Source: Chiloscyllium plagiosum
Lineage: Eukaryota
Reading direction: 5' to 3'
DNA length: 64,000 bases
Assembly (NCBI RefSeq): GCF_004010195.1
Contig: NC_057719.1
Span: 50,200,302 to 50,264,301 of the forward strand
A program made the position numbers and the translations under genes. Below are positions 39,740 through 52,900 of the stretch, one piece after another (within the stretch, counting starts at the first letter, position 1; every line of letters starts with the position of its first letter). The notes under the pieces were generated by a model. That model ran no database searches. It was given only the letters and a program-made list of their open reading frames with translations, and was not told the origin of the DNA.

Positions 39740-40090
39740 ATATCAGAGATGTACAGCATGGAAACAGACCCTTCAGTCCAACCTGTCCATGCCGACCAGA
39801 TATCCCAACCCAATCTTGTCCCACCTGCCAGCACCTGGCCCATATCCCTCCAAACCCTTCCTATTCATATACCCATCCAAATGCCTCTTAAATGTTGCAA
39901 TTGTACCAGCCCCTACCACATCCTCTGGCAGCTCATTCCATACACTTACCACCCTCTGCATGAAAAAGTTGCCCCTGATGTCTCTTTTATATCTTTCCCC
40001 TCTCACCCTAAACCTATGCCCTCTAGTTCTGGACTAACCGACCCCAGGGAAAAGACTGCCTATTTATTCTATCCATGCCCCTCAATTTTT
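39740..40090 (-). mobile_element. CR1-type LINE 3' tail
   Basis: ORF 39773-40006 RGERYKRDIRGNFFMQRVVSVWNELP...FKRHLD. Confidence 0.92.
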
Positions 40091-40999
40091 AAACCTACTT
40101 CATTCACTAGTGGAGAGTTTATCCTCTCACTGTCTTTGGAGGTATTTTATTCTTCTTATAAGAAGGAATTTGTGGAGAAAGGTAAGTAGAAAATAGCTTG
40201 CTGTTATTGAAGACAGTCTGGTACCTCCACAGGAGAATTTTTTAAATGCTTTCACTTTGCATGCTGCTTGTTTTCTGATGCACTGGTTTCACCTGGGCAG
40301 GAACGAATCAAAATACTGCTCCCTAGTTTAGAATCCATTGGCTCAGTTTTGTCTGATTTTTGCTCTCCATTCCAAGAGAAAAACAATATTGTATACAACA
40401 CAAATGAGTGATTTTATGATTTAAAAACTGCAGCAATCCCTTTTCAGAGTCTCCTTGGTTTAAAGAACACCTTCCTTTTCTGGTTCATAAACAAAAAAGG
40501 AAAAGAAGAGATGTGGTCTTTACAACAAATTCAGTGGCCATGGTGCTAGATATTTAAAAACACGGAGAATGGGTGAAAAATTGGATAAAGCCTATGATCT
40601 AGTACAATTATATCCATGCACCTTGAAAGCAAAAAAGTATTAAGGGTAAGAGGCATAGTAAAAATAGAAGGATAGACTTGCTCTTTAAAGACAAGGTGGC
40701 TCTAAAGCATTTTTGAGCCAATTAATTATTTTTAAGTCCAATCATATAGTAACTGAAATGCAGTCAATTTGCACATAAGCTTCCACAAAAAAAACCCAGT
40801 AGCAATACTCAGATACTAGGCTTGCACTGTGAATATTAATTGAGAGATAAGTACAAATCTGAACATTAGGGAAATTGCTCCTCTTCAAAGTAGCCCTGTG
40901 AAATCTTTTACAGTTGCGTGCTCAGTTAGGCAACCTCTCACCTCTAAGAAGATCTTAGTGTAGCACTGCATCATTGTTGTACTCCTGTTTTGAGAAGAT

Positions 41000-41692
41000 T
41001 TGTAGCTCAGTTTGAGGTTCTGGATGTAGGTTTGGTTGTGAGCAGGAAGGTTCATTTTCAGACGTTGTATCACTATATTAGGTAACATCTTCAGCGAGCC
41101 TCTGGATGAAACACTCGTGGTGTAGTCTGCTTTCTATTTATATGTTTGTTTTTCTTGGGTTGGTCATGTCATTTCCTGTGGTGAGAACAGTTCCTACGGT
41201 GACGTCATTTCCCATTTTTCTCAGGGGGCTGTAGATGGGATCACAGTCAAAGTGTTTGTTGATACAGTTCCGGTTGGAATGCCATGCTTCTAGGAATTCT
41301 TGTGCATGCCTCCGTTTGGCTTATCTTCTGATGGATGTGTTGTCCCAGTCAAAGTCATGTCCTTCCTCACCCGTATGCACGGATATGAGTGAGAGTGGGT
41401 CATGTCGTTTTGTGGCTAGTTTTCTGCCTGTTTGGACAATGTAATGTTTGTTAGCTCTTGCAAGGTATTTTGCAAATCACATTGACTTGGATTCCATTTA
41501 CCACCCCTTGAGAAAACAAATGGGAAATGACATCACCACAGGAAATGACATCACCAACCCAAGGAACCCCAAACAAATAGAAAGCGGACTACACCAGAGC
41601 TTCATCTAGAGGCTCACTGAAGATGTTACCTCGCATGGTGATGAAATGTCTGAAAACAAATCTTCCAGCTCAGTGAGTAAATCTGCATCCAC
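41000..41692 (-). mobile_element. Penelope-like element: GIY-YIG endonuclease C-terminal remnant flanked by inverted pseudo-LTRs with hammerheads
   Basis: - strand 41215-41422 reads LATKRHDPLSLISVHTGEEGHDFDWDNTSIRR*AKRRHAQEFLEAWHSNRNCINKH; 41470-41690 (+) is an inverted copy of 41010-41260; hammerhead tca-CTGAAGA-tgttacc..ggtgat-GAAAtGTC-tga at 41614-41653. Confidence 0.88.
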
Positions 41693-41819
41693 TACTGTAC
41701 TCACTGAGTCAACACAGATTTTTGTTCAAGGCCTGGAGTGGAATTTTAATTCAGAAGAGAGAAGAGGAGAGTGCTACCTTAGCAATCGCTGAGAAAAAAG
41801 AAGTTAAAATGGGATTTCA

Positions 41820-43780
41820 AAACAAAACCAGGGTCATAAACCAATTAGCCCAGTATTAATGGTGGGAAAGATAAGGTGTCTTTCCTCAAAAGATTTAATA
41901 GAAAAATCATTTAGAAAGTGAAAACAAGCAGCACAGATTACAAATACACAGGATCATGGTTAACCAGCTTTGCTGGTTCTAGTAAAAGTGGACGAGAGTA
42001 ATGCATTTGAAGTAACATACCTTGATTTTCAAAAAAATGCCTTAGATAAAGTACCACACAGTAGACTAATTGTTAAAATATCAGCTTACATTATCAGGAA
42101 AAAGGAGTAGAACAGATTGTAAGTTGGTTACAATGGATTGGTTTAAGGTGAGTTGCACAGACTGGCACAGTTAAATAAAGAGTTCTCTTTTTCAAGGATG
42201 AGTTCCTGGGATCACTATTGTCCACAAAAATAATATGGAACTGGAAGTACAACTTCAAAATTTGCTGACAGCATCAAATTGGGAAGTGTGGACACTGGTG
42301 ACACTTGCATCAAAATATGAAACAAATAACATTTGTAAAATCTAATTGTCTAATTAATTCAATTTTTGCATGAAGGTTGAATATCTTGGTAGGTGGTGGT
42401 CGTGGTGCTAGGCGTCTTAAAAAGTGAATAAATCCCAGGGAGCTGATGAGGGGTACCCTAGAACTTTGTGGGAAGTTAGTGAAGTGATTGCTAGGCCTGT
42501 TGCTGAGATATTTAATCAATAGCCACAGGTGAGCTGCCAGAAGACTGGAGGTTGACTAACATGGTGCCACTATTTTAAAAAAGGTGGCAAGGACAAGTCA
42601 GGGAACTACAGACCGGTGAGTCTGACATCAGTGGTGGGCAAGTTGTTGGAGGAAATCTTGGAGGGAAGAATGCACATGTATTCTGAAAGGCAAGGACTGA
42701 TTCAGGATAGGCGAAAGTGAGGACTGCAGATGCTGGAGATCAGAGTTGAAAAGAGTGTGCTGTAAAAGCACAGTGGTCAGGGAGCATCTGAGAAACACGA
42801 GAGTCGACGTTTTGATCATGAGCTCTTCCAGCAGGAATAGTCAACATGGCTTTGTGAGATGGAAATCATATCATGAACTCGATTGAGTTTTCTGAAGTAA
42901 CAAAGGGAATCAACGAGGGCAAAGTGGGTGGACATACTGTATATGGACTTCAGTGAGACGTTCACAAGGTTTTGCATGGTAGACTGGTTAGCAACGTTAA
43001 ACCATATGGAATAAGGGAGAACTAGCCATTTGGATACACAAGGGTATGTTTCCATGCTGTACAACTTTATCACGATGACTAAGCACAAGAATGTTAAATA
43101 CTCCTTGGAAAATAAGTGCTAAAATGAGGTAGAGATACAAAGGGATCCAAGGGCAAATGAAAACCAGAAAGAGAGAGATAGGTTAATAAAGCAATTTCAA
43201 AGCAAACTAATCACTGGGATTCATCCTTAGCAGAACTGAAAAGTACAAAAAAAGTTATGCTGAGCTTGCAAAGAAAACTTAGTTGGATCACAGTTGTAAT
43301 ACATGAACTGTTTTGGTCTCCACATTATAAGTCATACTGAACCACTGGAGAAGTTTGAAAGGAATCACAAAAACAAAGCAAAAACAGATCATATCAAAAG
43401 GAAAAAACAACCATGTCAGGTCTTTATTCCCTTCAAGCATTGAAGACAGAGGAGCAAATCAATAGAGGTCTTTCAGATTAAAAGTGGATTTTAAATAGGA
43501 ATGTCTTTTCTGCATCTAACCTATGTGGGGAAGATCAGGATTCGGGGCCAAACATTTCAGCATTATTGTTACTGAAGTGAGAAACTTCCTTACCACGTGT
43601 GGTTATAAAATCAAACTCCAATTGAAACATAGTATAGTAACATTTATAAGGGATCGTGGATAAACACCAAGGATAAAAGGAATGAAGAGGATAATTGATG
43701 AGGGAAATAAAGTAGGGTTTGAACAGGCTCACATGGAGCATCAACACCAGTACAGACCAGTTAGGCAGGCCTCTAAGCAC
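41820..43780 (+). mobile_element. Nested decayed CR1-type LINEs, with a - strand hammerhead mini-element at ~42711-42837
   Basis: RT motifs (YLDFQK..DKVPH; PEDWRLTNMVPLF, GNYRPVSLTSVVGK); insert gcaggaat...gtcgacgttttg...gcagatgctggagatcagag. Confidence 0.8.
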
Positions 43781-43864
43781 CAAAGTAAGTCAGAATCATA
43801 CAGCATGGAACAGACCCTTCGGTCCACTCCATGCTGAACAATCTTAAACTAATTATCAATTCTA

Positions 43865-45400
43865 GAAGGAGTGAAAGTAGACAAGTCCCCTGGGCCGGAT
43901 GGGATTTATCTGAGGATTCTCTGGGAAGCCAGGGAGGAGATTGCAGAGCTTTTGGCTTTGATATTTGAGTTGTCATTGTCTACAGGTTTAGTACCAGAGG
44001 ACTGGAGGATTGCAAATGTTGTGCCCTTGTTCAACAAGTGCAGTAGACATGACCCAGGTAATTATAGACCAGTGAGTCTGACTTCTGTTGTAGGAAAGAC
44101 TTATAAGAGATAAGATTTATCATCTAGCAAGCAACAATTTGATTGCAGATAGTCAACATGGTTTCGTCAAGGGCAGGTTGTGTCTCACAAACCTCAGTTT
44201 TTTGAGAAGGTGACCAAACACGTAGATGAGGGTAGGGCAGTTGACGTGGTATTCATGGACTTCAGTAAAGCCTTTGATAAGGTTCCACATGGTAAGCTGT
44301 TGGAGAAAATGCAGAGGCATGGAATTGAGGGTGATTTAGTAGTTTGGATTAGAAACTGCCTTTCTGAAAGAAGGCAGCATGTGGTGGCTGATGGAAAATA
44401 TTCAGCCTGGAGTCCGGTTACTAGTGGTGTGCCACAAGGGTGTTTTGGGACCGCTACTGTTTGTCATTTTCATAAATGACAAAGACGCAGGCATAGGTGG
44501 ATAGATTAGTAAATTTGCAGACAACACTAAAGTCGGTGGAGTAGTGGACAGTTTGGAAGAATGTTACAGGTTGCAGGGGGACTTAGATAAACTGCATAAT
44601 TGGGCTGAGATGTGGCAAATGGAGTTCAATGCAGCTAAATGTGAGGCGATGCACTTTGGGAAGAATCACAGGATGGCAGAGTACTGGGTAAATGGAAAGA
44701 TTCTTGGTAGTGTGGATGTGCAGAGGGATCTTGGAGTCCATGTACATAGATCCCTGAAAGTTGACACCCTCAGGTTGACAGTGCTGTTAAGGCATACGGT
44801 GTGTTAGGTTTCATCCGTAGCGGGATTGAGTTCCGGAGCCGCAATATCATGCTGCAACTGTACAAAACGCTAGTGTGGCCACACTTGAAATATTGTGTAC
44901 AGTTCTAGTCACCATATTTCGGGAAGGTTGTGGAAGCATTGTAAAAGGTGTAGAGGAGATTTACTAGGATATTGCCTGGTCTGGAGGGAATCTTTTATGA
45001 GGAATGGCTGAGAGACTTGGGTCTGTTCTCATTGGAAAGAAGGCAGCTAAGAGGGGATTTGATAGAGACATAAAGATGATCAGAGGATTAGATAGGGTAG
45101 ACAGTGAAAGTCTTTTTTCTAGACTGATGACATCAGCTTGTACGAGGGGGCATAACTACAAATTGAGGGGTAATAGATTTAAGACAGACGTCAGAAGCAG
45201 GTTCTTTACGCAGAGAGTGGCAAGGGCATGGAATGCCCTACCTGCTAATGTAGTCAACTCAGCCACATTAGGGAGATTTAAACAATCCTTGGATAAGCAC
45301 ATGGATGATGATGGGATAGTGTAGGGGGATGAGCTGAGAATAGTTCACAGGTCAGCGCAACATCCAGGGCCGAAGGGCTGTTCTGCACTATTATTCTATA
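43865..45400 (+). mobile_element. Relatively young CR1-type LINE, 3' ~1.5 kb of ORF2 (RT), inserted into an older - strand CR1 tail
   Basis: ORFs 43871-45324: KSPGPDGI, PEDWRIANVVPLF, NYRPVSLTSVVGK, DFSKAFDKVPH, SGVPQG, KFADNTK, WQMEFN, FFTQRVARAWNALP. Confidence 0.96.
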
Positions 45401-48400
45401 ATCTAGTCCCTTCTTCCTACTGCTGGCCCATACCCCACTAAACTTTTCCTATTCACGTTTCCATCCAAATAACTTTAAGGCATTATGATTGTACCCACAT
45501 CCACAACTTTGTCAGGAAGTTAATTCCACACACAAATCACCCTGTGTGAAAAGACTTTGGCCTTGGGTCTTTTTAAATCTCTCTCCTTTCACCTTAAACT
45601 CTTCCCATTTTTAAGAGGGATATGGGCCAAATGGGACTAGATTAGGATATCTGGTCAGCATGGACAAATCAGAGAGTCAGGTCTGTTTCCATGCTGTACA
45701 TCTAAGATTAACTGAATGGAGTAGTTTGCTGGGTAATTTCAGAGGGCAGTTAAGATTCAACCACATCACAGTAAATAACATGTTAGATTTCATCATGCCC
45801 AGATATTTAATATCAGAGGAATGCTTCTTACTGCTACTCACCCAAAAACAAAAATTATAGAAAAGCACCTGACAGTTCAATAATGGAAATTTCCATCTTC
45901 CACACTAACTACCCCATCAGCTTAACACTGCCTGTTACACACAAATCAACATATGCCCACACAATACACTGTACAAAAAAAAAGTCTCCAAAAAGTTAAC
46001 TAGGGCTGATTTCAAATACAAACGACTGCACTATTACAATGTAATTTGTAAAAACTTGTTTTTACTAACAATGGACTAGTTAGTTTTAATAGCGTTTCTC
46101 CTGTCCCACCTCATGCTATATAAACAAACAGTCACCATAATTACACACGGGCAAAAATAGTTAGCTGCAAACTATTCAATGAAACTAAGGAATGCATAGC
46201 AGATTATTGCTATTATAGATTTGCTAACTGCTGGTATCAGAATGTCATTAACACTCATCTTAAACAGATAAATAAGCACACCTTAAAAATGGCATGGGAA
46301 ATTTGACTGTGTATATTTATCCTTACGATGTCTTGCAAGGCTAGACATGGCCCATTCTTGGGTAGGTGGTCAGCAAGTGAAGTCTGGATGCTTAGAAAGG
46401 TGAGGGTTTCATACCGAGGAATGGATGGGAACATTTAGAATATAGGCAGCCACAAGGCAAACAATTAAATACATATTTAACCACTGGATTAATGGATCTC
46501 AAGGAGGATACTGCACTTCTCTTAACTCTAACACTACTTTGACAGTCTGGATAGAGAGAGGAGTCCTACCAGTAAATATGGGTAGGATTCAATGGAACTT
46601 TGGACACAGAAAATAAATAATCTGAGATTTTGGAACTCAAAAGAAAAATGCAGTAATCAGACATTTGAAGAACATCGCTAAGAAAAAAGAAACCAGTCAT
46701 GCCTACGAAAAATTGTGGCCTACCCCAGCTAACATTACATTATCAATCTTTATGTATAATTTGATACCATTCAACTGGAATTTTTCTGTAAAAAGTGAAA
46801 AACGGATTAACTTGTATTTATATTAGGCCTACATTTGCTACGATCGCTACTGCCTGTGACAATGCCAGAGATGCTGCATGCTGTTGCTTATATTAAAATT
46901 TAGGACTATCCACAACATTGAACAATTCAAACCCATTTTAAACAATTGCAGAACCAATAAAACATGCTCTTTTCCAAACATTTCTATTAAACATTGCAAG
47001 ATTTACTGTGTCAGCCCAATGATAGTTCTGGATTGTACTTTTCATACAGCCAAGTGGAGCAGTGAAGGGTAGGGCTGAAAGCACAATAATGATGTCAGCA
47101 GTACAGCACTTATGCCTTTCAGTGGAGTGGGTGGTAACTGCCTGTTCTAGATGCATAATGACATTAGTGTCACTGATCTCCTGCATCAGTGTGGTGGAGG
47201 GAATACATCATTATCACTGCACCTTTCACAACTGCAAATTATCCTACAGCACTTTGCACTCAATGTCTGAAGTTGCAACACAGGAAATAAGGCAGCCAAC
47301 TTCCACACAGCCAGTTCCTACAAAATGGTTGTGATAAAGGCTATATAATTGAGGAAGAATCAATATTGGCCCGCACATGAGAAATGACACCCTTCTACTC
47401 TTTAAATATTGTTATAGAATATTTTATGTTCATCTCAAAGGGTAAAAGCACTGCCCTTCAACACCTCATCCAGGTTATGGATGACTATGCAGCACTCAGT
47501 CAATGCACTGGAGTGCTGACTTAAGTTTTTATACTAGAGTGCCCAAAAATGTGCCTTAGCTTTACAAGTAGGAAGACTTGATAATCATTATACATCTGTG
47601 GAAATATCAAATGCAATGAAAGAGGGGCTGTATACCAACAGCAAGACTATGGAAAAACTAAAGAACAGTTTCTTTAAAAAACAATGAAATTAGCATAATA
47701 TTGCTCACAGAAAACTGGTTGATGCACTTCGAGGATTAAGGGATTTAATGTGGAATGCAGTATAGTGTACATATGGATTAGAGGAAACGATTACAAAAGA
47801 TATCAATGTCTAATAGATAAATTAGAAAAAGAGACATCAAAATGGAAGATGAGATTATATTCACTATCGTCGGGTTTCACAAAGATTGAAAATCTTTTGA
47901 CATTTTCCACAAACCTCAAGAACCATGTACGTGCCATCATTAAACCTATTAGAGACAGACATGAAAAAGTTATTCAATGAGTGGAATTAACTAAAATAGG
48001 GATAATGGAGGGTATATGAAGCAAAGGTAGAAGATCAGCCATGATCTTACTGTATATGGTAGAGCAAGATTCAAGGCATAATGGCTTCTCCAGCTTCTTT
48101 GGTTAGTTATTTATTTCTCCAGATTTACAAAAGAAAGCAAAGTATAATATAAATTAATGCAAAATTATACAATTAGCCAAAAATATCACATTTGAATGAT
48201 GAAAACTCTTCCTCAAAAAAAATTCATGGTTTCTAACCCAACTCAACACTAATTTTATTCAACTAGATCTACATATAAAAAGGAGATAATGTGAATACTC
48301 TGTCTTAGTGATGCTGGTTGTGATATTAAACTTGCCCAGGAAATAGGGAAAACTTAACCCTTCTTTCAGCCCTATCATGGAATCTAGTATGTCCACCTGA

Positions 48401-48411
48401 AATGCAAAGGG

Positions 48412-48585
48412 AGAAAGTGAGGATTGCAGATGCTGGAGATCGGAGCTGAAAATGTGTTGCTGGAAAAGCGCAGAGGTCAGGCAGCATCCAAGGTTCCTGA
48501 AGAAGGGCTCATGCCCGAAATGTCGATTCGCCTGCTCCTTGGACGCTGCCTGACCTGCTGTGCTTTTCCAGCAACACATTTTCAG
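48412..48585 (+). mobile_element. Fold-back hammerhead mini-element with ~15-bp TSD
   Basis: Inverted arm plus ttc-CTGAAGA-aGGGCtcatGCCC-GAAAtGTC; direct repeat ctgaaatRcaaaggg at 48397-48411 and 48586-48600. Confidence 0.85.
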
Positions 48586-50479
48586 CTGAAATACAAAGGG
48601 ACCTTTGTTCATCACTTAGATCTTCCTCATGCATAATTATCTTGCAAGATTTACTGCAAAAACATTCATGAACTATTTAAATACATTTATTTCACATGAA
48701 ACTACCTGACTCCAATTTCGCTAAAAATTCTAATTCGTATAATTGCAATTTTCCTTCCAAAGTACCAAACATTAGGAATTTGGTGCAAGAAAATCAAGTT
48801 CCTGATATCCTAAAATTTGCTTTGTATCATTCTAAAAAATGCTAACTGGACAGATTATAATGAGATTCTTTGTCACCTCAATAAGGGCTCAAAAGGGAAA
48901 CCTGAATCGCTAAATTAAAATGTGACTTCAAGATATCCCAAGGAAGGAGAACTTTTGAATTTGCTACCTGGAGAGTAGAGCTCACAATCACATCAACACC
49001 ATCCAGCACAAAGCACCCCAAAACCAATTACAGCCAATTCTTTTAGTGGGAATCACTTCTTCCAGTCCAAAAAAACATGGCAGTCAATTTACATTCAGCA
49101 AGGACCCACAAAGTGACCCAACAATCAAATAAAATACCTCAGTGATCTTGGTTGAAGGAACAACTCCACTTCTTCAAAATGGGGCAATGAGATCTTTAAC
49201 ATCCATGGATTTTTTTTTAAACGAGAAAAATGTCAACCCTTTCTACAATCATGTCTGTTGATAATAAAAATTGCTTATATAAAAATTTTGCATATTGCTG
49301 TTTCTTGCATTCCGAAAGAGATGCCACAGTGCTAGCACGAGCAGGAATAATTTGACAAATGTATCTACTTTATTCTTAACCCACGAGAGGGATTTAAATG
49401 ATTAATACAATCTCCAAACAAAGGGACCCAGAACTTTCTCAGTCTGGCGATCTCCTACATAACAGATGTATCAGTTTTTGCATAATAAGATGTATTTTAC
49501 AACTGATAAATAGTGGACTGAAGTACTTAAATCAATGTTATCCAGTTTTGATGTTGGTCAATTGCAAAAGCAAGAAGCAAGAACAAAATACCGTTTGTAC
49601 CATCAGATTCTGGTAACAGTTGTCTACTGTAAAAACAGGTAAAGTAGAAAAAAGATGTTTAAAAACAGGCATTTGTACAGTGCGAATTTTCAATTCTTGG
49701 TATAAACAAATCCAGATATAGATGTATTGAAAACATTCCCCCCCCTCCCCAACCTTCTTGCCAATTGTACGTGGTCAATTAGAGTCAACTTCACCAATTA
49801 TAACAGAGGCCATTTTATACTGTGGCATATGACATACTTGCTGCATTTTTTTGAAGATCCAGTGTTCTTCAATAGGCCAGGATATTGGCCTATTTCTCTA
49901 TTCCCCAAAGAACGTAGTGTGTAACCACTAAGGTAATAAAAGAAATGCAGATACAAAGTTTCAACATTAAAAGGAACATGCTCTTGCAGCTCATTGAATG
50001 TTCAACAAGTCAATATTTGTTTGCTGGCCTGCAAAGAGTTGCTAAATTAGCAGTAATTTCTTTACTGCTCTTCGACGTATTCCCAGCTTATCAGCAAAAT
50101 GTTTGGGTCAAGAAGAATCTAACTAAACTCAAAACATTAACTCTCTCTCCACAGATGCATCCAGACCTGCTGAAATTCACCAGCATTGTATCTTGTTCAG
50201 ATTTTCATCATCCATGGTATTTTGATATTTAAGGGTCTGCTGAGCAATCAGTTGAGTTGGTGCAGGAGAGGAAAATCTATCAAACAAGGATTAAATTTCA
50301 AGGAGGAGAAGTTTGGAGGAGGCCTGGAACAAGAAGCACCTTGCACTTGACTGAATGATTATAGATACAGCATAGAAATAGGATGAACGTGAAGACATGA
50401 TTTACACAGTGGTAATTCAAGAAAGAAAGAAGACAGCAGGTGAAAAGGTTTTTCACCAGGAGTTGAGGAAATCCATTCG

Positions 50480-50950
50480 GTCATACACTGACAACATGGA
50501 AACTGTCCTACTAGTCCGCACTGACCATGCCCCCAAACTAAATTAATCTCTGCATTTGGCCCATATCCCTTGAAACTTTTCATATTCATGTACTTATCCA
50601 AATGTCTTAAATGTTGTAATTGTATCTGCATTCACCACTTACTCCAGTAGTTCATTCCACATATGAAGCCCGAAAATAAAAAAGTTACCTATCTGATCCT
50701 TTTTAAATCTGTCTTGTCAAAATATGCCCCCTAGATTTGAAGTCACCCAGTTCAGGGAAAAAAAATCATTTGCCATTCAACTAATCTAGACCCCTCATGA
50801 CTTTATAAGCCTCAATAAGGTCACCCAACCTCCAACATTTCAGTGAGAACAGTCGAGCCTATTTTTATAACTGAAACCTTCCATTCTTACCAACATTCTG
50901 GTCAATCATTTCTGAACAGTCTCCAGTTTAATAATATCCTTTATGAAAAC
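50480..50950 (-). mobile_element. CR1-type LINE 3' tail
   Basis: catggaaac...ggcccatatcccttgaaac...aatgttgtaattgta tail motifs shared with other copies. Confidence 0.8.
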
Positions 50951-52019
50951 AGATCATAATAAGAAATAATGGGGCAACATGCAATAACAAAAAGACTTGT
51001 ACCATTCTTCCTTTTCAGAAAAATCTTGGGATGAAGGTAGCATTTGGCCAAGGAGGGTGGGAGGTATTTACTAAGAAGTCAGATCAACTGGGAAAAGCTT
51101 TAACTCACAAATTTATGTAGTTGTTGTAAAGTTCCCATGTGAACACAATAATGAAAATTATTCAGAACACTCAGGATAAAACACTGAACAAATTCAGCAA
51201 AAGCAGGAAAGAAGGTAAGAAAACAATTCAGTAAAGGAAGAGACCTCATAACAAATGACTGAGATAAAATTACAAGTTTGACCACAAGCAGTGAATAATC
51301 TGAAGAACACAGAAGGCCCAAGTCAGGGCAGAAGCAGAAATGAAAACATGCTTTGAACGTTCAAAGAACTTAGTACTGCCAAAAACTGGTTTTGTATTAA
51401 GGTCAGAGAATTGGTGGGACATGAGAACAATTGAAAGATTCAGACGCCTTAAATAAAGTACAAGTCTTTACAAATAGACGAGAAAACTGACACATTTTCT
51501 GCTACTTCAACCAGGAACAATCAGGAAAGTTACGGATTCACTTACAGATGCAAAACAAATAGATTTAGTCCTAGGTACAATAATTCTAAGAGCAACCTTA
51601 AGTTGATTTACTACAAGTTATTTGCAGTAAATTTAGAATTAAAGCTCTAACGTGAGCTTTAACTACAAGTGATGTTCTATATTGCACTGGTCTTTCAGGA
51701 ACGACAAATTTTGTGTGGCCAGCACAGTACAGTTGTAACAACTTTGGACTCTTGACAGGACAAAACCCCTCGTGCACGCCGTGTGCACACTATTTACAGC
51801 CGCAGCTGTTTCCGGGAACGTAACAGCCCCATGACGCACTAACAGCTAAAGACGCCATTGAATCGAACCAACTCCCCAATGACGAGAACAGAAATAGCCT
51901 TCATTTGACCTTTTATTCTTACTTTCACAAACATTTTTACACTCCATAACATTACTAAAACTTACATTAGACAGTAATCTAAAGGCTCCGATGAAAAAAC
52001 GATGGAAAACCCACCGAAC

Positions 52020-52900
52020 AGCAGCTGAAACCAAAGAATTTCCCGGCCCACCTCAACCTCCTCGCGGTCGCTGCTTCTGCTGCCGCTTCAACAGGACCTC
52101 AAACAGCAAAAATCGCCACCAAGATGGCGCCGGAGCACCTCTCCCCGTTGCGCCTGCGCACAGCTCAAACGCTATCCCGGGCGACAGAGCGTGCGCAGAA
52201 GGTGGGGGATGCGCTGCACCCTGGGCCTCAGCGGCCGCCCGGACCCGTTTCCATGTGACCGCACAGCCAATCGGTGAGTGGTGCGGCCGTCTTGCTCAAC
52301 ATTCAGCCAATCGGAGTTCGAGAAGGGCAGGCTCGCTCAACAGCTTGTTATTTCGGTTTTCGCTGGGACCCGGGGAAGTGGACGTTAGCGGTGGACGTGT
52401 GTGAGTATGCGGTTCCTCCAGCAGCCTAGCTAACCCTTTCACTTCTATAGGCTTAGTGCAAAAAAAAAATCAGGTTGCCTTTAAATAGCGTTGTGGGCGG
52501 AGGTGGCTGGTTTTCGGTTATGAAGCTGAGGTGAATCCGCCGGAGCCCTTTCCCCCTCTTCTCTCGGTTTAAAGTGAACGTAGGTGGGCATTGAATGGCA
52601 GTCAGCTCCGACTTCTACACTACCCGCCTGTTCATGCATTTTGCTGCTCCCCTTGGACCGGTAGTTCAATTGAGAATCAAGGTTTTTAATCTGTTGGGAC
52701 AGTGCGAAGGTGACTTGTATGTTTACGGTGGTTTCCTGCTTTTTTTATTCATGTGTAAGAGCCTCGATCGTCGCGATTTTTGTTAAAGCGCCTTAGATGC
52801 GAGGGGGGACGGGCTTAAAAGGCGGTCCGAGGTAGTCCTCTTTTTAACTTCGCCACTGTTTCCCATCGACCTGTTTTAAACTACTGGCCTCACTTGCTTC
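52020..52900. promoter_or_regulatory. CpG-island housekeeping promoter, probably bidirectional
   Basis: Only CpG-dense stretch in the window; YY1-type caagatggcg (52120-52129), NRF1-type tgcgcctgcgca (52149-52160), two agccaatcgg CCAAT boxes (~52265, ~52305), ETS ggaagtg (~52373). Confidence 0.88.
52330..52400 (+). other. ARID4A: Probable non-coding first exon of ARID4A (start approximate)
   Basis: Downstream of the CCAAT boxes; strong donor gtgt|gtgagt at 52401. Confidence 0.5.

Noticed and set aside
39668..40189. Longest ORF in the track (173 aa)
   Set aside because: Largely the antisense reading of a CR1 3' tail; the same pseudo-peptide (QISQPNLVP...KCCNCT) recurs at 33085 and 54364
40254..40380. 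Short - strand open frame FSWNGEQKSDKTEPMDSKLG...KQHAK* as a terminal exon of an unknown gene
   Set aside because: No convincing acceptor, no recognisable homology and no linked upstream coding exons
51991..52404. 137-aa ORF across the CpG island
   Set aside because: GC-rich, stop-poor promoter sequence; no recognisable protein
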